Source: Bdellovibrionales bacterium
Lineage (GTDB): Bacteria; Bdellovibrionota; Bdellovibrionia; Bdellovibrionales; CAYMLA01
Length of the DNA: 64,000 bases
Assembly: GCA_965217115.1 (NCBI GenBank)
Contig: OZ244239.1
Location: 1,440,001-1,504,000, forward strand
Reading direction: 5' to 3'
Shown here: piece after piece, positions 49,850 through 61,139 of the stretch
Layout of the letters: each line of letters opens with the position of its first letter
Numbering within the stretch: position 1 is the stretch's first letter
Notes under the pieces: model-generated
The model's input: the letters and a program-made list of their open reading frames with translations, nothing else
What the model was told of the DNA's origin: nothing
The model's database searches: none
Made by a program: the position numbers and the translations under genes

Positions 49850-51694
49850 GTGACGAAGATTTTGTTCGTTTTTTTTCAAGTTGTTTATCTATTGGTGTTT
49901 TCTGGGTGTTCGACCAACTCAGTTCATAGTTCTGGTGCTATTTATCATGAAGCGGCCTTTAATGATCAGAACAAAGCCCCTGGATGGATGGTTCCTTCAG
50001 AGAAAATCCCGAATCAGCCACAACTAGACGTTGTTCATATTCGGAGCCAGGCTGATTATCACTTTGCTCTAGGGGAAATTTACAGCTTAGAGAGAAAGCA
50101 TATGAAAGCCATTCAGGAATTTAAGAATACGTTGATTTATGATAATGAAGCCTCTCTTTTATATATGAGATTAGCGACTGAATACATAAAGGTGAACTTA
50201 TTTACTGAAGCGCTTGAGTACGCACAGGAGAGTATTAAATTAAGTCCTAAGAATGTAGATTCTCGATTGCTTTTAGGGGGTTTATATTCTTCTTTGCGAA
50301 TGTTCAGTGAGGCATTGCATGAATATCGGAGTGTTTTAAAGTTAGATCCCAAAAATCTGGAAGCACCACTTTATATTGGTGCAGTTTATGCTGAAAAAAA
50401 ACAATTTTTTAAGGCAATTAGTTATTTTAAATCTCTTGCAGAGAACAGGGCTAATAAGTCGGCATATAAAGCTCACTACTATATGTCTCGAGTTTACGAG
50501 GAATGGAAGGGAAGTAAGTCACGAAGAATTGAAGTGAATTTAAAAAAGGCATTAAAAAGTCAACCAGGTTACGAAGAGGCCGTGTTGTCATTGGGAAAAT
50601 TTTACTTAAGAACACAAGCGAGTTCTAAGGCAAGAGTTTTATATAGCTCTTTTCAAGATAGATACGGGCCTAAGGTGTCTGTTGCGCGCCCCCTTTCTCG
50701 TTTGTATTTAGAGAGTAAAGAGTATGATTTAGCTTATGAACAATTAGACATTATTGATAAAGGTTACCAGAAGGATTTTAATATTAAATTAAAGATGGCA
50801 CTGATTCTTATGGAGAGAAAAAAATATGAGAAAGCGGCCTACAAGTTGGAGGAAATAATTTCCCAAGTTCCTGATTCGGACAAAATTTTATTCTATCTTG
50901 GATATGTCTATGAAGAAATGGGTCGCTACAAAGAATCATTGAAGTATTACTCTAAGGTTCCATCTGTGAGTCGGTTTTATGGAGATTCAGTGACGCATTC
51001 GTCCTATTTGTACAAACTTAAGGGACAGATGAATAAAGCGATAGCTATTATCGAAAAGGGACTGAGCCAGCGTCAGGATATCGTACAGTTTTACAGCCTT
51101 TATGCGTCTCTGCTTGATGACAGCAAGCAATACACAAAAGCCATTAGAATGCTCAATCAAGCCGTCAATAAATTCCCGAAGAATGCCCAATTGAGGTTTT
51201 TTCAGGGATTTATTTACGATAAGCTGGGTAATAAAAAGCTCACAATATCATCAATGAATAAAGTTTTGGAATTAGATAAAGACCATATTCAAGGCTTAAA
51301 CTACCTTGCATACACCTATGCTGAACAAGGAAAGAAGTTAATATTAGCTGAAAAATTAGTTCTTCGAGCGTTGCTTTTAAAGCCGAATGATGGCTATGTG
51401 ATGGACACCTATGGATTAATTCTTTATAAAAGGGGAAGGCTTCGCAAGGCAGCCAAAGTTTTGGAAGCAGCTCATAAGAGTGTCCCTCTTGAAGGGATTG
51501 TTGCTGAGCACTTGGCAGACACTTATTATCAACTTCAGCTGGTGTCTAGGGCTAAAGAAATGTACTTGAAGGCGATGGGGATAGAGAAAGATGAAAGTAA
51601 GATTCAGAGAATTAGAAAAAAACTTTCTACGATTGTTTTCCGCAAACAACCTGTTGATAACCGTTTTCCAGCATCATCATTACAAGCAAAATAA
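49850..51694 (+). CDS. TPR-repeat lipoprotein
   Basis: Lipobox FSGC; tandem TPRs; LNYLAYTYAE. Confidence 0.9.
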   Translation: MTKILFVFFQVVYLLVFSGCSTNSVHSSGAIYHEAAFNDQNKAPGWMVPSEKIPNQPQLDVVHIRSQADYHFALGEIYSLERKHMKAIQEFKNTLIYDNEASLLYMRLATEYIKVNLFTEALEYAQESIKLSPKNVDSRLLLGGLYSSLRMFSEALHEYRSVLKLDPKNLEAPLYIGAVYAEKKQFFKAISYFKSLAENRANKSAYKAHYYMSRVYEEWKGSKSRRIEVNLKKALKSQPGYEEAVLSLGKFYLRTQASSKARVLYSSFQDRYGPKVSVARPLSRLYLESKEYDLAYEQLDIIDKGYQKDFNIKLKMALILMERKKYEKAAYKLEEIISQVPDSDKILFYLGYVYEEMGRYKESLKYYSKVPSVSRFYGDSVTHSSYLYKLKGQMNKAIAIIEKGLSQRQDIVQFYSLYASLLDDSKQYTKAIRMLNQAVNKFPKNAQLRFFQGFIYDKLGNKKLTISSMNKVLELDKDHIQGLNYLAYTYAEQGKKLILAEKLVLRALLLKPNDGYVMDTYGLILYKRGRLRKAAKVLEAAHKSVPLEGIVAEHLADTYYQLQLVSRAKEMYLKAMGIEKDESKIQRIRKKLSTIVFRKQPVDNRFPASSLQAK

Positions 51695-52307
51695 AAAGCA
51701 CTTACTTCTTTTTGTTTTGTTGTTTTTTTTAAGCTCCTGTCAGACTCTTGAGACTGATGATTTTCGTCTCAATCAGGGCAAGTGGCTAGCTCGTGCATAT
51801 TTGAAGGTTAAGTCACCCCATAAAAAGTCAGTTTATATTGACATGGTATTTCGCGTCTTGGAGCCAAGTTATTTTTCTATTGATGTGGAGACGTCAGGTT
51901 TAGGAATTGCTTTAGCCAGAGTTGTCAAAAGCAAGAAGAAGACAATGGTTCTTTTGCCTGTGGAAAAAAAGCAGTATTTTGCAAAAAAACACAGGCTTTC
52001 TTTAAGAAAAGTATTAGGGTTTAATTTAAGCATTAACATATTCAAAAAAATTTTTCTGCAAGAGCCTTTAAACCCTAAATATTGGAATTGCTTGGATGTG
52101 AATCAGAAAGAAAGAACCTGCGCCCATAAGAAATCTTCTTTGCATGTGAAATGGCAAATTCAGAAAAATGGAAGCACAAAGACTCTTATAAAATCAAAAC
52201 AGTTTTTGCTCGATATGCACATTAAGAGAAGCCGATTGAGTAAGGCTCTGACTCCCGATGATTTTAAATCAAAACGAGTCGAAGCTTTTAGTATTCATTA
52301 TTTGTAA
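51591..52307 (+). CDS. Hypothetical lipoprotein (possibly LolB-like); true start probably later
   Basis: LLFFLSSC lipobox; follows the TPR gene. Confidence 0.55.
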   Translation: MKVRFRELEKNFLRLFSANNLLITVFQHHHYKQNKKHLLLFVLLFFLSSCQTLETDDFRLNQGKWLARAYLKVKSPHKKSVYIDMVFRVLEPSYFSIDVETSGLGIALARVVKSKKKTMVLLPVEKKQYFAKKHRLSLRKVLGFNLSINIFKKIFLQEPLNPKYWNCLDVNQKERTCAHKKSSLHVKWQIQKNGSTKTLIKSKQFLLDMHIKRSRLSKALTPDDFKSKRVEAFSIHYL

Positions 52308-52391
52308 TCAAATATATTTATCTCTATCTTTGAGGTTTTCAAACGTATTTTTTGATGGCCATAGATCTAGTGATGCTTTTATCTACTTAGC

Positions 52392-52748
52392 CTAATCATC
52401 GCTCGTATTGAGGTCGACTGAATCTAGGTCATCAGCATCATCTGGTTCGACCTTGATAAGCCAGGACTCAGTAGGGTCATCAAAAATTGACTCAGGGCAT
52501 TCAAGGAGGACAGAGTTAACTTCTGCAATCACTCCGTTTACAGGACAGTATAGATCGAGAGGTCCTTCGTCGGTTTCGGCTTCTCCAAAAATCATTTCAG
52601 CTTCAATGGATTCGCCTTCCTGTGGAAGACGTAATTCAGAGACATTTGAAAATTCTTCTAGAGCATCTTCAGTGAGACCAATAGAGAGAAGCCCTTCGGA
52701 ATACTGAACCCATTGATGGGTAAGATAGGGTTGGATTTCGTCAGTCAT
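52392..52748 (-). CDS. GcvH-like protein lacking the lipoyl-lysine
   Basis: HQWV..IGLT..LP..FGEAETDEG..YCPVNG..EVN..WLIKV. Confidence 0.8.
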   Translation of the reverse strand: MTDEIQPYLTHQWVQYSEGLLSIGLTEDALEEFSNVSELRLPQEGESIEAEMIFGEAETDEGPLDLYCPVNGVIAEVNSVLLECPESIFDDPTESWLIKVEPDDADDLDSVDLNTSDD

Positions 52749-52765
52749 AATATTAAGCCTTTTAA

Positions 52766-54178
52766 TTAAATATCGTAATAAAGTTCAAATTCAAACGGAG
52801 AGGGTCTTAGTTGTAGCTGAAGAACCTCGTTCTCTAACTTATAATCATGCCACGCAGATAAGAGGTCATCAGAGAAAACATCTCCCTTTCGTAAAAATTC
52901 ACTGGATTCATTAAGGCACTTTAAAGATTCTTCAAGAGTCGCTGGAACTGAAGGGACTTGGGCTGCTTCTTGGGGGCTTAATCCGTAGATATCTTTGTCT
53001 AAAGGGTCTCCGGGGTGGATTTTATTTTCGACTCCATCGAGACCAGCCATTAACATTGCAGCAAAGGCGAGATAAATATTGCAGCTAGCATCAGGAGTTC
53101 GAAACTCTATTCTTTTTGCTGCAGGGTTGCTGCCGCTGTTAGGAATACGTACGGCGGCGGAACGATTTTTAAAACTATAGGCTAATTTTACAGGAGCTTC
53201 GAATCCAGGAACTAGGCGTTTGTAAGAGTTCGTTGTTGGATTTGTGAGAGAGCACAAAGTGGGAGCGTGTTTTAATATGCCACCAATAAAATAAAGAGCT
53301 GTCTCGGAAAGGCCTGCATATTTTTCTCCAGAAAAAAGAGGTTTGCCATCTTTCCATAAAGACATATGAGTGTGCATTCCAGAGCCATTATCGCCAAAAA
53401 TCGGTTTTGGCATAAAAGTGGCGGTCTTTCCATTGCGACGAGCGACATTTTTGACAACATATTTGAACCACATGGTGTTATCTGCACTGGCGAGAGCCTC
53501 GGCGAATTTATAATTAATTTCTCCTTGAGCTGGTGCTACTTCATGGTGGTGCCTCTCAACTTCGATACCGAGGTTTTCTAGTTCCAAGCAAATTTCAGAA
53601 CGTATATCTTGATGGGAATCAGTGGGCATCGCTGGGAAGTAACCTTGTTTTTGACGGGGTTTGAAACCTAGGTTTCCTCCGAGTTCTTCCCGTCCGGTGT
53701 TCCAGTTAGCTTCTTGAGAGTCGACTTGGTAGAAGGACCCCCCTGAGGAAGTTTCGTAGCGAATATCATCAAAAATAAAAAATTCAGCTTCAGGTCCGAA
53801 ATAAGCAGCGTCGGCGATACCGCTGGATTTTAAGTAAGCAAGGGCTTTTTTTATGACTTGTCTGGGGTCCCTTTCGTAGGGGGCTCCAGTTCCGGGGAGA
53901 AGAACATCACAGATAAGAGAAAGTGTGGGAACTTCCATAAATGGGTCCATCTTGGCGGTAGAAGGGTCAGGCATCATAACCATGTCAGACTCCTGAATGC
54001 CGCGCCACCCTCTGATAGAGCTACCGTCAAATCCAAGTCCCTCGTCAAAGAGGCTTTCACTGAGAGTGTGAGCTGGGACTGTCAGGTGTTGCCAGACCCC
54101 CATGAGGTCGACAAACTTCATATTAACCATTATCGCTTCACTCTCTTTTGCAAATTCAATAACTTTTTTAGGGGTCAT
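52766..54178 (-). CDS. glnA: Glutamine synthetase type I
   Basis: [37 protein letters not shown] adenylylation site. Confidence 0.98.
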   Translation of the reverse strand: MTPKKVIEFAKESEAIMVNMKFVDLMGVWQHLTVPAHTLSESLFDEGLGFDGSSIRGWRGIQESDMVMMPDPSTAKMDPFMEVPTLSLICDVLLPGTGAPYERDPRQVIKKALAYLKSSGIADAAYFGPEAEFFIFDDIRYETSSGGSFYQVDSQEANWNTGREELGGNLGFKPRQKQGYFPAMPTDSHQDIRSEICLELENLGIEVERHHHEVAPAQGEINYKFAEALASADNTMWFKYVVKNVARRNGKTATFMPKPIFGDNGSGMHTHMSLWKDGKPLFSGEKYAGLSETALYFIGGILKHAPTLCSLTNPTTNSYKRLVPGFEAPVKLAYSFKNRSAAVRIPNSGSNPAAKRIEFRTPDASCNIYLAFAAMLMAGLDGVENKIHPGDPLDKDIYGLSPQEAAQVPSVPATLEESLKCLNESSEFLRKGDVFSDDLLSAWHDYKLENEVLQLQLRPSPFEFELYYDI

Positions 54179-54205
54179 ACGAGTCTCCTATTTTTATATT
54201 TTGGA

Positions 54206-54577
<372 letters not shown>

Positions 54578-54703
54578 TTAACAAAAACTTTTTTTCTTGC
54601 AACGAAAGATCACAAAAAAGAGAATAAATGATAAAAAATAATGCGCAGTGCTGATGTCGTGGTATTTATTAAAGAAAAGCCCTCTAATAACAAGGAATAA
54701 AGA

Positions 54704-55162
54704 ATGTTTAATGTGGTTTTGCATGAGCCAGAGATTCCACCAAATACGGGTAATATAGCACGTACCTGTGTAGGAACAGGGTGTCAGTTGCATTTGATTG
54801 AGCCATTAGGCTTTGATTTGTCGGAAAAATCAGTCAGACGTGCTGGATTAGATTATTGGAAGGACCTGAAGTGGGAGAAATATAATAATTGGAACCATTG
54901 GCACAATGGGGTTGTGGACCCTGAAAGGGTTTTTCTTTTTACGACGAAAACAAATAGAGTTTTTTACGACATAAACTTTCAGAGGGGAGATTCTTTTGTT
55001 TTTGGAAGTGAAACAAGGGGGCTTCCAGAGGGTCAACTGAATAAATGCTCCCAGAGATTGGTAACACTACCTATGACTCCCCATATTCGTAGTTTAAATT
55101 TATCTAATGCCGTGGCTGTTGTGGTTTTTGAAGCGTTAAGACAAACAAGGACACTGGACTAA
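54704..55162 (+). CDS. trmL: tRNA (cytidine/uridine 34)-2'-O-methyltransferase
   Basis: PEIPPNTGNI, RRAGLDYW, FGSETRGL, RSLNLSN. Confidence 0.95.
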   Translation: MFNVVLHEPEIPPNTGNIARTCVGTGCQLHLIEPLGFDLSEKSVRRAGLDYWKDLKWEKYNNWNHWHNGVVDPERVFLFTTKTNRVFYDINFQRGDSFVFGSETRGLPEGQLNKCSQRLVTLPMTPHIRSLNLSNAVAVVVFEALRQTRTLD

Positions 55163-55231
55163 GGTCATTCTTAAACAGATGATTAAGGCTATGGACATCG
55201 GGGGGAGAGTTCAGATAGAATAATCATCATT

Positions 55232-57919
55232 ATGATAGAGTCTATGCTTAAAAAAATATTTGGGACGAAGAATGATCGTGAAATGAAGAGGGTGTTCCAG
55301 CCTTTGGTTGAAGAGATAAACTCTCTTGAACCTCAGATAGAGGTTCTCTCTGATGAGCAGTTGCAAAATAAAACCTCGGAATTTCAGCAACGTTTACGAG
55401 AAGGAAAAACCACCGAAGATATTATGTGTGAAGCATTTGCTGTTTGTCGGGAAGCGGCCAAGCGCGTATTGAACATGCGCCATTACGATGTGCAGTTGAT
55501 TGGTGGTATCGTTTTACATCGCGGAAATATTGCAGAGATGCGAACGGGTGAGGGAAAAACTCTTGTGGCAACTTTGCCAGTGTATCTTAATGGTTTGACG
55601 GGCAAAGGAGTTCACGTGGTTACAGTGAACGATTATCTAGCGCAGCGGGATGCTGAGTGGATGGGGCGACTTTATAAGTGGCTGGGATTAAGCGTGGGAG
55701 TGATTATTAATGAATTGAGCGATGAACAGCGCAAGGAAGCCTATGCTTGTGATATTACCTATGCAACCAATAATGAACTAGGTTTTGATTATTTGCGCGA
55801 TAACATGAAATACGATTTGGAAGACTATGTGCAGAGAAATCACCATTATGCAATTGTTGATGAGTGTGACTCAATTCTAATTGATGAGGCTCGAACGCCA
55901 CTTATTATTTCTGGGCCGTCAGAAGACAGTGTGGATAAGTATTATCAGATTAATAAAATAATTCCTCATTTGAAAAATGAAATTCATTTTACGATGGAAG
56001 AGAAAAACCGTTCCGTGGCCTTAACTGAAGAAGGTAACGAGAAGGCAGAAGAACTTTTGAATGTGGGTAATATTTATGATCCACAGAATTTGTCGTTAGT
56101 ACATCATATCTATCAGGGTTTAAAGGCTTATAATCTCTTTCGTCGTGATGTGGACTATATGGTTCGCGATGGAGAAATTATTATTGTTGATGAATTTACA
56201 GGGCGTTTGATGTCTGGTCGTCGTTGGAGTGATGGTCTTCATCAAGCGGTAGAGGCTAAAGAGGGCGTTGATGTTAAAAGTGAAAATCAAACATTGGCAT
56301 CGATTACTTTTCAAAATTATTTTCGTATGTACGATAAACTCTCTGGAATGACAGGAACAGCAGATACAGAAGCTGTGGAATTTAAAAAAATATATTTATT
56401 GGATGTGTTGGTGATTCCGACAAATCAACCCATCGCTCGTTTAGATGAAGAGGATGTTGTTTATAAAAATAATAAAGCTAAATATAGAGCGATAGCTTTG
56501 GATATAAAAGAAGCTAACGCCAAAGGTCAGCCAGTGCTTGTGGGAACGGTGAGTATTGAACGTTCAGAAGCTATTAGTAGAGCTTTGGAAAATGAGGGTG
56601 TGAAGCATAAGGTGTTAAATGCTAAGCACCATGAGAAAGAGGCTGATATTGTTGCCCAGGCGGGACGCAAGGGGGCAGTGACCATTGCAACTAATATGGC
56701 TGGTCGTGGAACTGACATTGTCTTGGGGGGAAACCCGGAGGCTTTGGCAAAACTAGAGGTTGATATTGATAGCGATACTTTCTCTGATGTTTTTGCAAAG
56801 CACGAGAGTGTTTGTGAAAAAGAAAAAGGAGAAGTTATTAGTGCAGGAGGACTGTATATTATAGGTACGGAAAGGCATGAATCTCGTCGCATTGATAATC
56901 AGCTTCGAGGTCGTTCTGGTCGACAGGGAGATCCGGGGCAATCGTGTTTTTATCTTTCTTTGGAAGATGATCTCATGAGAATTTTTAATGGTGAGCGAAT
57001 TCAAAAAATAATGGAAAGATTGAATGTTCCTGATGATGAACCAATCACGGCTCGAATGGTGACTCGTTCTATTGAAGGCGCACAACGCAAGGTTGAGGGA
57101 CATAATTTTGACATTCGTAAACACTTGATTGAGTACGATGATGTGATGAATCAACAGAGAAAGGCGATTTATCAAATGCGCTGTGACACCTTGGAAAGTG
57201 ATGATTTTGAGAGAGTAATTTTAGATTTTCTTGGTGATAGAACATCTGATATTTTAGATATTTATGCCAATGAGAGTGTGAAGAAAGAGCTGTGGGATCT
57301 GGAAGGGCTAAAGACGGTTCTTCTCCAGCAGTTCGGGTTAAAATTTGATTTTGGTGATTTAGAGAGTGTGACAGCAGATGGAATCACGAAAGACGTAAGT
57401 GAGAGAATTAAAGAGCTTTACGATAAACAGAAAGAGTCTTTAGGGGGGCATCTTAAAGATATTCAGAGGATGATTTTATTGCAAACGCTGGATGGTATGT
57501 GGAAGGAGCATTTGCAGTTCATTGACCATTTAAAAGAGGGAATTAACTTACGAGGTTATGCACAAAAAGATCCTCTGGTTGAATATAAGAAAGAGGCTTT
57601 TAAGGCGTTTGAAGAATTAAATCGTAAAATAAAATCAGCAACAATTGAGAAATTAATGCGAGTGCATTTAGTTGATCATGATGTAGACCCTTCTGTATTT
57701 GAGGCCCATGGGAATAGGGGAGAAATGTCCTATCATGGGGCAGAGGCTTTTTCACAATCGATGGTTGCAGCTCAGATAGAAGAGCAGATGAAAGGTCAAG
57801 GAATGCCAACAGGGCAGGAGATGGGCTCTGGTGAAAGATCGGGAGAGTCTTTTCAAAGAAAGGAAAATCGGGCTGAGAGGCGTCAGCGCGAAAAAGCTGA
57901 AAAAAAGCGTAAAAAATAG
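55232..57919 (+). CDS. secA: Preprotein translocase SecA
   Basis: MRTGEGKT, DEARTPLIISG, ATNMAGRGTDI, RGRSGRQGD. Confidence 0.98.
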   Translation: MIESMLKKIFGTKNDREMKRVFQPLVEEINSLEPQIEVLSDEQLQNKTSEFQQRLREGKTTEDIMCEAFAVCREAAKRVLNMRHYDVQLIGGIVLHRGNIAEMRTGEGKTLVATLPVYLNGLTGKGVHVVTVNDYLAQRDAEWMGRLYKWLGLSVGVIINELSDEQRKEAYACDITYATNNELGFDYLRDNMKYDLEDYVQRNHHYAIVDECDSILIDEARTPLIISGPSEDSVDKYYQINKIIPHLKNEIHFTMEEKNRSVALTEEGNEKAEELLNVGNIYDPQNLSLVHHIYQGLKAYNLFRRDVDYMVRDGEIIIVDEFTGRLMSGRRWSDGLHQAVEAKEGVDVKSENQTLASITFQNYFRMYDKLSGMTGTADTEAVEFKKIYLLDVLVIPTNQPIARLDEEDVVYKNNKAKYRAIALDIKEANAKGQPVLVGTVSIERSEAISRALENEGVKHKVLNAKHHEKEADIVAQAGRKGAVTIATNMAGRGTDIVLGGNPEALAKLEVDIDSDTFSDVFAKHESVCEKEKGEVISAGGLYIIGTERHESRRIDNQLRGRSGRQGDPGQSCFYLSLEDDLMRIFNGERIQKIMERLNVPDDEPITARMVTRSIEGAQRKVEGHNFDIRKHLIEYDDVMNQQRKAIYQMRCDTLESDDFERVILDFLGDRTSDILDIYANESVKKELWDLEGLKTVLLQQFGLKFDFGDLESVTADGITKDVSERIKELYDKQKESLGGHLKDIQRMILLQTLDGMWKEHLQFIDHLKEGINLRGYAQKDPLVEYKKEAFKAFEELNRKIKSATIEKLMRVHLVDHDVDPSVFEAHGNRGEMSYHGAEAFSQSMVAAQIEEQMKGQGMPTGQEMGSGERSGESFQRKENRAERRQREKAEKKRKK

Positions 57920-57930
57920 TTGGCGTTCTT

Positions 57931-58485
57931 ATGAGTGTTTGTCCAAATTGTCATCAACCCATTGAAGCTGATTTTGGTATGGTAACTTGTACATCTTGTG
58001 AGGCCGTTGTCTTTGTGGAGATGTCAGGTGAAATAAAAATTTATGAAGATTCGTTGAATAAAAACCCTTCTGATGTTGTACCTCCTCTGCAAGAGGAAAT
58101 TCCGCCGACGCTTGTTGATGAAGATAAGCGGTTAGATTCTGAACAAAATGAAGCCCCTTCTTTGGTGGAAAACTTTTCGGATGTCGTTGAGTTTGCAAAT
58201 TCTGATTTATCTCAGGTTCAGGATGGAGCGTATGCTTATTCAGTGCTGGTTACAGGGATTGATACAAAGGAAATTCGTAAAGAGATACATGATACTTTGA
58301 TGGATGAGAGATTGGGTGTTTCTTCTGAGTTAGAGTCTATACATGAAGGTGTTTTAGAAATACGTAATTTGAACCCTGTTAAAGCCAGTGTTATAGTGAA
58401 TCGATTGAGGGGTATGAATGTCAAAATTCAATGGGTTCAGTACGCAATCACCGAGATGGATATTTCTAGGGATTCTGACTCTTAA
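57931..58485 (+). CDS. Zinc-ribbon domain protein
   Basis: CPNC..CTSC N-terminus. Confidence 0.7.
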   Translation: MSVCPNCHQPIEADFGMVTCTSCEAVVFVEMSGEIKIYEDSLNKNPSDVVPPLQEEIPPTLVDEDKRLDSEQNEAPSLVENFSDVVEFANSDLSQVQDGAYAYSVLVTGIDTKEIRKEIHDTLMDERLGVSSELESIHEGVLEIRNLNPVKASVIVNRLRGMNVKIQWVQYAITEMDISRDSDS

Positions 58486-58692
58486 GCTGGAGAGAATTTT
58501 TTAAGAAAATATCAAGAGTTACAGAGCAGTACAGAAATAACGCTTCGCGTCTATCAAGCTAATTTTGAACTTCTTGCCGCGTTGGTTTTTTTCAGATATT
58601 TAGGTTTAAAGGTTTGCTGTGATAGGGAGTGTATTCTTCTTTTATTATCGAATAAATAAAAGGAGATATTTTTCTTTGTTTGGAGAGATTAT

Positions 58693-59229
58693 ATGGCTGA
58701 GATAAGAGACGATTATAATAGAGGCGGAGTAGTAACCCTTGTCATCGCCATGACTTTGACTTGTAGTTTTCTTATTTATATTTCGTTTTTTCACTCTGGA
58801 GTGAGCTTAGAGGAAATTCCCGAGGGCTCCGAGTTAGAAGAGAGTGTCGCTGAGGAAGTGAGTTTTGACATAGCGAAGGTGGAAAAACCTTGGTTGAAAT
58901 CTTCGCAAATGGCAGCTTATGGTAAGACAGTTTTCAAAAATTCGTGTGCTATGTGCCACGGGGCAGAAGGCAGGGGAGACGGTCCTGCGGGAGCGGCTTT
59001 GGTGCCAAAACCTCGGGATCTGGTGTTGGGCAAATGGACAAAAGGGGGAACTTCGCGGTCGTTGTTTAACACTGTGACCGATGGGCTTCCAGGAACTTCC
59101 ATGTCAGGGTATAAATATATGCCAGTGGCTGATCGCTGGGCACTGGTGCAGTTCATTCGTTCGATCACAAAGAATAAGGGAGCTGATGATATTGATAAAC
59201 TGGAGTCTTTTGGTAAAGCGGCGAAATAA
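58693..59229 (+). CDS. Membrane-anchored cytochrome c
   Basis: TM helix, CAMCHG, GTSM. Confidence 0.9.
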   Translation: MAEIRDDYNRGGVVTLVIAMTLTCSFLIYISFFHSGVSLEEIPEGSELEESVAEEVSFDIAKVEKPWLKSSQMAAYGKTVFKNSCAMCHGAEGRGDGPAGAALVPKPRDLVLGKWTKGGTSRSLFNTVTDGLPGTSMSGYKYMPVADRWALVQFIRSITKNKGADDIDKLESFGKAAK

Positions 59230-59306
59230 TCAGGAAGAGCCATGAATGTAGAGTTTTGTTAGAAAAAATAGGTTGAAAAATTTAAAATGTAGGAAAAACA
59301 AATAAA

Positions 59307-60164
59307 GTGGGATGGGTTTTTAATTTTTTATTAATGCTGAGTATTGTATCAGGCGGTTTCTTATCGGCCTACGATCCTGCGACGAACTTAAAAGGCGCCT
59401 CAGTGAAGCCTCGTCAGTTAGAAGGCATTGGTATTGATGAAAACCTAAGCCAGAGTCTTTCAATAACAGATATTGAGATGGTTGATGAGAATGGCGCGAG
59501 TGTTCGTTTAGCTAAATATTTTGATGGGAAAAGACCTGTTATATTAAGTCCTGTATATTATTCCTGTCCAAGCTTGTGTAATCTTCACTTGAATGGTCTT
59601 ACCGATGTGTTGAAACAAATAAAAATAACAGCAGGGCAAGAGTTTCAAGTAGTGAGTTTTAGTTTTGATCCGAGGGAAAGTCATCAAATCGCCAAATCTA
59701 AAAAGGAAAGCTATGTAAAAAACTATGGCCGTCGTGTTGCCGAAAAAGGTTGGCATTTTTTGACGGGAGATGAAAAAAATATTAAGCGATTATTAAAAGA
59801 AATCGGTTTTAAAGCTGAGTGGAAAGAAGACATAAAAGAATGGGCCCATGCTTCGGTAGCAATCATCGTGACTCCTAAGGGGAAGATATCTCGTTATCTG
59901 CATGGTGTTTACTTTGAGCCTAAGGATATTAAATTAGCTTTGACCGAAGCTTCTGATGGGAAAATTGGTAATATTATAGATCAGATTATTTTGTTTTGTT
60001 ATCGCTTTGATCCAAGTCAAAATAAGTATACACTGGCGGCGTTTAATATTATGCAAGCAGCCGGTGGATTTTTTGTTTTGTTGATGGGGATTTGGTTGAT
60101 TCCTTTTTGGAAAAAAAATAAAAAAGAAGTGTATAATAAAAACTCTGACAAGATGCTTTCGTAG
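59307..60164 (+). CDS. SCO-family copper chaperone
   Basis: CPSLC, SFDP, WHFLTG, H ligand. Confidence 0.9.
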   Translation: MGWVFNFLLMLSIVSGGFLSAYDPATNLKGASVKPRQLEGIGIDENLSQSLSITDIEMVDENGASVRLAKYFDGKRPVILSPVYYSCPSLCNLHLNGLTDVLKQIKITAGQEFQVVSFSFDPRESHQIAKSKKESYVKNYGRRVAEKGWHFLTGDEKNIKRLLKEIGFKAEWKEDIKEWAHASVAIIVTPKGKISRYLHGVYFEPKDIKLALTEASDGKIGNIIDQIILFCYRFDPSQNKYTLAAFNIMQAAGGFFVLLMGIWLIPFWKKNKKEVYNKNSDKMLS

Positions 60165-60176
60165 GAGATATAGGAA

Positions 60177-61127
60177 ATGCCTTGGTTTACTCAAGCATAC
60201 GCTCAAACTTTTATGCCGCCTCAGGCGACTCAAATTGCCCATGATGTGGACGAGCTCTATTCATTTTTGCTATACGCCAGTCTAATTAGCTGTATTTTGC
60301 TTCTTGGTGGCATGATGTATTTTGTCTTTAAGTATAAAAGGAAAGAAGGGAGAAAATCAGCCTACATTAGTCATAGCACGATTTTAGAATTCCTATGGAG
60401 TTTTATTCCTTTTGTTATTTTTATAATTGTCTTTGTTTGGGGTGCAATTATTTATTGGGATATGCGTAATCCTCCAAGTGATTCTTTTGAAGTTCATGTG
60501 TTTGCGAAGAAATGGCAATGGGAGTTTAAATATAAGAGTGGTAAAAACAGCTTTAGTGAGATGGTCGTTCCTATTGATAAACCGGTCAAATTGATTATGA
60601 CTTCAGAAGATGTGATTCATAGCTTTTTTGTTCCAAGTTTTCGTATTAAGCAAGATGTAGTTCCTGGTCGCTATACTTCTTTGTGGTTTCAGGCGAATAA
60701 GAAAGGGGTTTTTCAAGTTTTCTGTACTGAGTTCTGTGGAGTGGGGCATTCAATGATGCTTGCAAAAATAAAAGTTGTCTCCAATCAGGAATTTGAAGAG
60801 TGGTTGCAAAAGTCAGATGGTGATGAGCCTAAATCTTTAGCGGATCAAGGCAAGGCTTTGTACATATCTAAGGCTTGTATTGGGTGTCATTCAACCGATG
60901 GAAGCCCTCGTGTTGGGCCGACGCTCAAGGGGTTGTTAGGAGCAAAAAAATATTTTGTTGACGGCTCGTCGTCTGTGGCTGATGAATCTTATATTCGTGA
61001 ATCAATTTTGAATGCTAATGCTAAAATTGTAAAAGGTTTTACAAAAGGACAGATGCCGATTTTTCAAGGTCAGTTGAAGGATCAAGAAGTGACGGCATTG
61101 ATTGAATTTATTAAAGGTTTGAAGTAA
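60177..61127 (+). CDS. coxB: Cytochrome c oxidase subunit II with fused cytochrome c
   Basis: DVIHS, CTEFCGVGHSMM, CIGCH. Confidence 0.95.
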   Translation: MPWFTQAYAQTFMPPQATQIAHDVDELYSFLLYASLISCILLLGGMMYFVFKYKRKEGRKSAYISHSTILEFLWSFIPFVIFIIVFVWGAIIYWDMRNPPSDSFEVHVFAKKWQWEFKYKSGKNSFSEMVVPIDKPVKLIMTSEDVIHSFFVPSFRIKQDVVPGRYTSLWFQANKKGVFQVFCTEFCGVGHSMMLAKIKVVSNQEFEEWLQKSDGDEPKSLADQGKALYISKACIGCHSTDGSPRVGPTLKGLLGAKKYFVDGSSSVADESYIRESILNANAKIVKGFTKGQMPIFQGQLKDQEVTALIEFIKGLK

Positions 61128-61139
61128 GGAGATCTATTC

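Noticed and set aside
54630..54665. NtrC box or sigma54 promoter upstream of glnB
   Set aside because: Only a half-site match and no GG-N10-GC element found
58418..58700. Possible gene remnant (MSKFNGFSTQSPRWIFLGIL.. and LRKYQELQSS..) between the zinc-ribbon and cytochrome c genes
   Set aside because: Too short to assign without a homology search
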